Source: Candidatus Magasanikiibacteriota bacterium (GTDB lineage Bacteria; Patescibacteriota; Patescibacteriia; Magasanikbacterales; UBA922). From it: DNA of 64,000 nucleotides. The notes under the pieces are model-generated. The model did no database searches. It was not told the DNA's origin and saw only the letters and a program-made list of their open reading frames with translations. The stretch lies in assembly GCA_016207245.1 (NCBI GenBank), contig JACQQA010000004.1:19058-83057 (forward strand). The letters run 5' to 3'. Below are positions 25,295 to 33,600 of the stretch, piece by piece. The position numbers and the translations under genes are program-made. The first letter of the stretch is position 1. Every line of letters starts with the position of its first letter.

Positions 25295-26884
25295 ATGTTT
25301 GACATCTATACAATTTTGCCGCTGACTTGCGCGATTTTCGTGGCGTTTTTTGGCGTATTTGTTTTATTGAATGATGAAAAATCACGGATGCATCATTTGT
25401 TATTTGGTTTTTGCATGAGCATGATGTTTTGGATGTTTGGAACTTTCATGATGTTTTATACGCGCGGAAATTATTATGAGGCGATTTTTTGGGACAGGTT
25501 TGTGTATGCCGGAGTGGTTTTTATGCCGCCGTTAATGCACCATTTCAGTTTGGTTTTTACCGGCCGTGTGGGTAAACAAAAATTTCTTTTAACAATGAAT
25601 TATATATTGGCTTTTGCCGCGCTAGTCGCCAGCCGTACGCCCTATTTTTTGGATGATTTGTACTATTATTCTTGGGGCGTGCATACGCAAGCCAGAATTT
25701 TACACACGGTTTTTCTCGGCTATTTTTTCTTGGGCACCGGAGTATTTTTTTATAATGTATTTTCTTATTTTAAAAAAGCAAAAGATAAAATTGTCAGACT
25801 ACAATCAATTTATGTTTTTATTTCATTCGCGGTCGTAATTTTTGTCGGCGGTTCGGCATATTTGTTCGCTTATGGCATTGACACAAAATTTCCTTTTGCC
25901 TATTTAAGCGGTTTGATTTTTCCGGTAATGCTTTTTTATTCAGTCAGTCGGCATCATTTGTTGGGAGCAAAGACAATCGCCACCGAAGTTTTGGTCGGCT
26001 TGACTGAGTTTGTGGTGGTGATGGAGATGTTTTTTTCCCGCGATGTGTTGGAATTGACATTGCGCGTGTTCTTTGCTTTGGTGGTCGCGGCGATTGGCAT
26101 TTTATTGATAAAATCCGTTCGTAGTGAAGTCGCCAGACGTGAAGAAGTAACCAGTCTCGCGAAATCTTTGGAGCAGGCGAATTTGCGTTTGCAGGAAATT
26201 GATCGGCAGAAGACTGAGTTTATGTCCATCGCCTCGCACCAGCTCCGCACTCCGCTTTCAATTTTGAAAGGGTTTATTGAATTGATTGAAGACGGCGCGT
26301 ATGGCAAGCCGACAGAAAAAATGGTTGAAGCCTTGAATCAGATGGATCAGAGCAACGAGCATCTGGTAAAATTAGTTGATGAGTTTTTAGATGTTACCCG
26401 CATTGAGCAGGGCAGGACAAAGTATGATTTTACCCGGTGCGATTTGAAAGATTTGGTTAGTGGCGCGGTTAATGAGATGCGCGAGCGGGCGGTGGCGAAA
26501 AAATTAAAATTAGTCTGGTGTCCGCCGCCGGAAGCAGTGTCGGTAAATTGCGATCAAGAAAAAATTCATCACATTATTTTTAATTTTATAGACAATGCCA
26601 TCAAATATAGCGAACGCGGGCGCATTACCGTTTGCCTGCGTCGCGAGGATGGCGGAGTCGCGATTAAAGTAAAAGATTGCGGAATCGGGTTTGACAAAGT
26701 TGACGAAGCAAATTTTTTTCAAAAGTTTTATCGCGGCGAGAATGTGAAAAATTCCAATGTTACCGGCACCGGTCTGGGTCTTTATGTCTGCAACAAGTTC
26801 GTGGAGGCGCACCATGGTCGTGTCTGGGCCAAAAGCGCGGGTTTGGGCAAAGGCAGCGAGTTTGGTTTTTGGATTCCTCAATGA
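25295..26884 (+). CDS. Sensor histidine kinase with multi-TM N-terminal domain (no adjacent response regulator)
   Basis: H box IASHQLRTPLS, N box FIDNAIKYS, G box GTGLGLYVC. About 7 hydrophobic helices. ATG 25295 lies 6 nt after TGtTATAAT (25280-25288). Confidence 0.85.
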   Translation: MFDIYTILPLTCAIFVAFFGVFVLLNDEKSRMHHLLFGFCMSMMFWMFGTFMMFYTRGNYYEAIFWDRFVYAGVVFMPPLMHHFSLVFTGRVGKQKFLLTMNYILAFAALVASRTPYFLDDLYYYSWGVHTQARILHTVFLGYFFLGTGVFFYNVFSYFKKAKDKIVRLQSIYVFISFAVVIFVGGSAYLFAYGIDTKFPFAYLSGLIFPVMLFYSVSRHHLLGAKTIATEVLVGLTEFVVVMEMFFSRDVLELTLRVFFALVVAAIGILLIKSVRSEVARREEVTSLAKSLEQANLRLQEIDRQKTEFMSIASHQLRTPLSILKGFIELIEDGAYGKPTEKMVEALNQMDQSNEHLVKLVDEFLDVTRIEQGRTKYDFTRCDLKDLVSGAVNEMRERAVAKKLKLVWCPPPEAVSVNCDQEKIHHIIFNFIDNAIKYSERGRITVCLRREDGGVAIKVKDCGIGFDKVDEANFFQKFYRGENVKNSNVTGTGLGLYVCNKFVEAHHGRVWAKSAGLGKGSEFGFWIPQ

Positions 26885-26925
26885 AGTATGGTGATTTTGT
26901 CTAATATAATTTTACATTTTAAATT

Positions 26926-27441
26926 ATGGCGGAGAGAATTCTCGGCGTTGATCCTGGATTTGGAAGGACCGGTTGGGGCGTGATTGAAAAGTCCGGCGGC
27001 GGAGATTGGTGGGCGGTGGCTTGGGGTTGTATCGAGACTTCTGCCGCGGATCCGTTTGCCAATCGGCTGTACGAACTGCACGAAAAACTTAAATTGATAA
27101 TTAAAAAATATAAACCAGCCAGCGTGGCGGTGGAGGATTTATTTTTTGCCAAAAATGTCAAAACCGCGATGAAAGTGGGGCAGGCGAGAGGAGTAATTTT
27201 GCTGACCATAAAAGAATTAGGTTTGTCATTAAATGAGTTTACGCCATTGCAAATTAAACAGGCTGTGACTGGTTACGGCCGCGCGGAAAAGGGCCAGATG
27301 CAGAAAATGGTCGGAATGCTGTTGAAAATCAAAAATAAAATCACACCCGATGACGCGGCTGACGCATTGGCCGCGGCGCTGACAGGCGGTGTTTCAATGC
27401 GGTTTTTGCGACGTTGCGGCGGTAGCGAAAACAGTGGATAA
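26926..27441 (+). CDS. ruvC: Holliday junction resolvase RuvC
   Basis: RILGVDPGFGRTGWGVIE and VAVEDLFFAKN catalytic acidic motifs. Confidence 0.9.
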   Translation: MAERILGVDPGFGRTGWGVIEKSGGGDWWAVAWGCIETSAADPFANRLYELHEKLKLIIKKYKPASVAVEDLFFAKNVKTAMKVGQARGVILLTIKELGLSLNEFTPLQIKQAVTGYGRAEKGQMQKMVGMLLKIKNKITPDDAADALAAALTGGVSMRFLRRCGGSENSG

Positions 27442-27681
27442 GTGGGTATTAATTAAAATTTGTTTTTTTGGTATAATTATCCTATTAGACATAGATAAAC
27501 TAAGATGAAATTATTCATTGATGATGAATTGGTGTTAGGCGTTTTTTTAAAGCGGTTTTTTATGGGCCGTTTTGTTATTCAAATTTATTAACTTTATTAA
27601 CATAAGGTTTGCCTTTTGTTTTTCCAATGGTCGGTAAGCAGGGGGCAAATCATATAATCTAATTTAATCTTCTAAAAAAAT

Positions 27682-30600
27682 ATGTCAAAAAAATGCAACA
27701 AACTTTTTACGATGTTGGTGGTATTTACTACTATTGTTTGGTCTTTGGGGATTTCAACATTGATTCCTCAAGCGGTTTTCGCGGCCACAGTTACTGTCGC
27801 CGGTCCGTATGATTTGTTGCCAACCGGCGGGATGACCGTCGCGGCCAGCAGTTATGATATTCCGGTTTTTCGTTTTGCTTTGAATAAGAGCTCCGGCGGC
27901 AGTGAGACGTTAACCAGCGTTACTGTCACTGTTACCAGCACTATCCCGACTAACAATGCCACTTTAGCCTCACACATTTCGCAACTAGTGGTTTTTAAAG
28001 ACAGTAATAACAACAATTATTTTGACCCTCAAAACGATAGTTTCGCCGGCACGCAAAGCACGGTTAACGTGGGTTCGGCCACGACGATTACCACCGGCAG
28101 CAACAATAGTTTGGCGGCAGACGGCGCTTTGCCAACCAGTTTTTTTGTGGCGATTAAAACAGCGTCCGGTTGGGCGGCTGGAGATTCTATTTATATTAAT
28201 TTCGCGGCGGACGGAATAGTGACGAATCCCTCGGGTAATTCACCGACCGTAACGCCTATTATCGGCTCCAGGGCAATATCTTTCAGCGGCGGCGGGGGAT
28301 GGAGCGGGTTTAGCATCAGCAGTGTTTCTTTTGTCAACGCGTCCAATGTGGATGTTTCTTTTACGGATAATTTGGATTTAAACACCGGCGCCGCCACTTC
28401 CACTGGCAATTATACTTTAAAAAACGCTTTGGGTGTTTCCCAAACAATCAGTTCCATTGTAGCTTTGCCGGATAATAAATCGGTCCGTTTGACCGTGGCT
28501 GGCGGGGTTACCATTCCTTCTGACGGAACCTATTCAGTTACTGTATCCAATGGAGTTAAAAATACTTTTGGTCAAGCCAATTCCGGTACCACCTCCTTTC
28601 CCATTATGAGCGCGCAAATGCCTTTATCTATTTCAGAGGTTAAGGTCGGTTCGGCTACGGATCCGTTTGATGAATTTATTGAAGTATATAACCGTTCTGG
28701 CGGAAATATTCCAACCTCCACTGTAAAATTGCATTTTGTGAACGCGGCCGGGACCGTAGATGTCAATGTTCCCTTGACTTTTCTTAATGAAAGCGTGGTG
28801 CCAAACATTCCATCTCATAAATTTCTATTGATCGCGCCAATTACTTCTTCCGCTTCTTCAACAGCAGACGCGGTTTATACCACCTCCACTCTTATTTCTT
28901 TGGTGTCCGGCGGCGCGGCGTATATCAGCAGCAGCGCGGCCAGCTCCACCGCGGTTATGGATAGAGTTTGCTGGGGCAGTCATGCTGTGTCAGGAGATTG
29001 CGAAGGCAGCGCGGCAAGCGGTTTAAGTACCAATGACGGCACCTCTATTGAACGCAAAGCATTTAATGATTCCACTTCAGCCAGCATGTTGGTTAGCGGC
29101 GCCGGTCCCGGGCAAGACGCTGATGATGGAAATGGCGTGGATACGCAGAACAATAATTTTGATTTTGTGGCACGGATTGTTCCCGAACCGCAAAACAGCC
29201 GCATTGCTTCAGCGGAAAATCCTACCGGCGGATCTTATGGCGGGACTAATAATCAAGCTCCCAGCATTCAGCACGCGCCGGTTTTCAAGGCCAGTATTGA
29301 TTCAATTCTAAATGTAGTAGCGAGAATTTTTGATGATGGCGGCACTGTTCCAGCAGGGAATACCCAGCTTATTTATTGTATCACTGCTTCCGCCACGTGC
29401 ACCCCTGCGTCATCAACGCCGATTTATGGCACAAGCATTGGTTCTGGCTGGTATAAATTCAGCACCACTTCAACTATCTCTACGGTTTTTGGCGCCAGTA
29501 AAACGCTCTTCAAATATTATCTTCAGGCGGCTGACTCGGCTTCACCGGCTAAAACTAAAGTTTATACCAATGACCCAACTTTTGACACTGTTACTTATGA
29601 TACCACCGGCACCGGCATTCAAACCGCGGCTCTGCAGCAAAGCAAATCTTTAGGTATCACTTTAAGTTCGGGTAATTTGGGTAGCGCCTCAATCATGGGC
29701 ACGGTTAATGACAGTTCGGGTGCGGCGGTCAGCGGCGCCACAGTTTGGATTGATGGCACGCAATTTGCCGCGACTACCGGCAGTGACGGCACATTTAGTT
29801 TTGCCAATGTCGGACCAACCGGCGGCGCTCAATTGAAAATCGCTAAAGACGGTTACGGCGATCAATCTCTTTCATTTTTTATTCCTTCTTCAGGTTTGGT
29901 TTCTTTGCCCGCCCTATCTTTGTATAGCGGCACTATGGGCGCGGGTGGCGACTATAATCAGCCTAAAGTAACAAATTCTTTTCCAGCTCCCGGTATGATG
30001 GGATTCCCGACTTTAAAGGGCGACGGTACGAATTCGTCTATAGAAGTTAATTTCAGCAAGGCCATGGACACCACTTCCTTTACTGGCGCCAATGTTTATC
30101 TGACCGAAGCTGGCAGCGGAACCCATATCGCCGGTTCAGTGGGAGTTGGTTCCACCACACAGGTTAAATTCACTCCGACTTCCGCGTTAACATCGGGCAA
30201 GAATTATACTCTGTTTTTAACGCCCGGCGTTAAAGATCCCGCCGGTAATCCAGTGGCTGGTAATAGCCCGGGAGGCAATTATATTTTGCCATTTTCCACA
30301 TCGGGAGGAATGTATGCCAGTGTCACGGATATTGGCGGAAATTTTGGCACCGGCAATGCTTTCCCTGCGTATGTGGTGGGCAGTCAGCCGGCTCCGGGCA
30401 AGCAGAGCGTGGCGCGCAACACCAAGGTTTTTGTGACTTTTTCCGAAGCCATGCAGAATTCCGCCACTAATTTGGCCAATATAAAATTGTATAAAGTCAC
30501 CAGCCCTTTCACTTCCAGTGAATCAAAAACCCAAGTGACAGTCACTAACAGTATTGATAGCAGTAATAAAATAGTTATTCTTACCCCATCAAGCAATCTG

Positions 30601-33600
30601 GATGTGAGTTCTCATTATCGCGTGGAAGTGTTGGGCGGTATGACGTCGTCCAAGGGGATTCCATTGGGTAATCCCGGAACATCCGGTTATCTGACCAGTG
30701 TGAAATATCAATCGGATTTTGATACCAGTTCCAGCGTGACCGGGGATCTTACCGCTCCGACTGTTGATAACACAATACCGGCTGATGCCGCAACCGGAAT
30801 TTCCACACTAAGACCAATCATCATCAACTTCTCCGAATCAATGAACCCGTCAACTATCACTGATACATCTGTAGTTATCAAACTTGGTTCTACAGCGATT
30901 GCCGGTAATTTGACTTATGACCCGAATAATTGGATGGCGGTTTTCACTCCTGACTACTCCTTAACTCCTACCAGCACTTATACAATTACAGTCACGACTG
31001 GCGCGCAAGATTTGGCGGGCAATGCTTTGGCATCAACGCTTTTGCGCACCTTCACTACTGGTAGCGCCGACACTTCTTCCCCAACAGTAGTCTCTGCTCA
31101 AGCCAATGATTATGCCTTGAAGATTGATTTTTCTAAGCCGATGCTGGCGGTTTCGGCAAGCGATATTAATTACGCGAACAGCGTCTTGAAACCGGCCAAT
31201 TATACAATTCATAGAGTTAATTCCGCGGGCGCGACGCAATCGACGATTGCGACTTCCACTGCCACCATAACTTATGACGCGGCCAGCCGCAGTGTGGCTT
31301 TGAATGGCATTACCGGTATTGTCGCCAATGATTTGATAAACATCAGCGTTGGCGGCGTGAAAGATATTGGTTTCAATAATATCGCTTCTGGTTCAGCCGC
31401 AGCCGTGACTACTACCGCGCAATCCAGCGCTAAGACCGGCAATTTTACTGGCGGCGGCATGGGCATGATGGGTCCGCAGTTTGACGCCGGCGGCAATATG
31501 ATGCAGGGCGGGATGATGGGCGCTCCGCCGGCCATGGTTGGCACATTTGTTGATTCAGGAATCGGTTTTGCTCCGGGCGTTAAAGTGTATCCATTCAATT
31601 CTATGGCTTCGGTCAGTACGATTTACGGCGTTGAAATTCCCATTTCCTACCAAATTCCAAACGCCGGGTTTATTGATATTGCTTTCCCGGATGGGACCGA
31701 TGTTGTTAACGCTAAAAAAGACACTGCCAGTCCGCCAAATAATGATTTGAACGGGCCAGGGCCGGGCGTAGTCGTGTTTGGCACGAGCGAAGGAACTTTG
31801 CCTTCCGGCTGGACAACCGGCGGCGCGGCTAGCGACGGAGTGATTGTGAATACTGATTCGCGCACTGTTAGAGTTATTTTGGGAGCAGTGGCCACGCGCC
31901 GCGGCAGCGCCAATTTGACCTCCGGCGATGGCGATCAGCATGATTTTATACGTTTGGATATCGCGCAAATCACCAATCCTTCCAGCGCCACAAAAGTCGG
32001 CATGAGTGGAAATTCCGCGACTGTTTCCACTAAAAAAGCCGATGGTACGGTATTAGAAACCCTATCATCTGGTTCGTTCTCAACTTCGGCCGCCGGCAGT
32101 TTCACTGTGCGCGGCCGCGTGATGGCTGGCGCCAGCGGAGTCAACGGCATTAATGTTTTCTTGATGTCGCCAATGACCGGTCCGCAGTCAACTTCAACCG
32201 CGACAGGACGGTTCAATGGCCAGACCGGAGAATTTATGTTCCAAAATCTGGTGGCTGGAAATTATATGTTAGGAGCGGAACAGTTTGCCAAATCCGGCGC
32301 CACGAGTTATACAGCCGGTTTCCCGGCGCCGATTAATGTCAATTCCACCAACTGCGCGTCCGATATCTGCAGTCAAAATGTTACTGTCGTGGATGCTTCC
32401 ACCGGAGTGGCGGTGACATTAAATATCAGCGGCACTTTCAGTAGCAACGCGATTGATATTTTTGCCGGCGGCCCCGGTTCATTTAGAAAAGCCACGTCAA
32501 CTTTAGACGGCGTGCTTGTTGCTGACACCTCCAATTCAATAAAATTAAACGCTAATGGCGTATGGATGGTTGGTTTTGGTCCGCAAATGTCCACCGAAAT
32601 GTTCGGCAAGAGCGGTCCTTCAGCACCTACCACCTGGATGCCGCCCAAACCGCAAGAAGTGCAGGTGAGCGGCTGTCCGACTGCTTGCGCGGTTAATCCA
32701 ACCACCTTGACATTCAATGTTTCAACCGCAAACAAGACAATTAAATTCACGGTTAAAGATGCTTCCAGCAACGCGATTGGTAAAGCAAACGTCTTCGCTT
32801 ATTCGCCGGCTTCCAACGCGGGGAACAGCACCATGGCGGACGCTGACGGCACCGGCTCAATTAATTTGTCTTATGGCACGTATAAGATTGGCGCGAGTGT
32901 TTCCGGCATGCCCGGCGGCGTGGAGAGGTCAATACTTATTAAAGATGATGGCGGCGCTGATAAAGTGTTTGTTGATGGTTCAAGCACCGGCATCGCTTTA
33001 TCCAGCATGACCAGCGCGAGCTTGACACTGACTATCAGCAAGCCATCCTATACCATTTCCGGCCAAGTGACTGATGGCACCAATCCGGTCGCTAACGCGC
33101 CGGTAAGCGCTTATCGCACTGACGGACCAGGTAATTCAAACACCTTTACCAATTCTTCCGGAAACTACACATTGTATGTGGCCAATGGAACTTGGAAAGT
33201 GCAAGCCTTTACTCCTGATTATGGCAAATTACCGGAGCAGACAGTGACTATCAGTGGTTCCAATTCCAGCGGTAAGAATTTTGAACCAAATACCAGCGCG
33301 GTAACTTATGCCACCATTACTAAGAGCGTTGGCAATGACGCGGATGCCGATGGCGTGCTTGACGCCGGAGAAGGAACCAGCAACGTACAGTTAATTGTTG
33401 AAGGTACGACCGGCGATTTGAATAATGACGGCGACACTAGCGACAGCGGCGAAAATGTCAGCTACGTTAATAGCGGTGTGACTGATACCAATGGCAGTTC
33501 TACTCTTAAACTTCCACCCGGCACTTACACAATGAAGGCCTATTCGTCAATTCAGGGCGAGATGTCATCTTCAACACAGAGTATTGTGGTCAATGGCGCC

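Noticed and set aside
27505-27591. 28-aa ORF (MKLFIDDELVLGVFLKRFFMGRFVIQIY) in the long leader upstream of the giant gene
   Set aside because: It is too short, has no RBS and no conservation evidence is available. The region is better described as a 5' UTR between TGGTATAAT (27469-27477) and ATG 27682.
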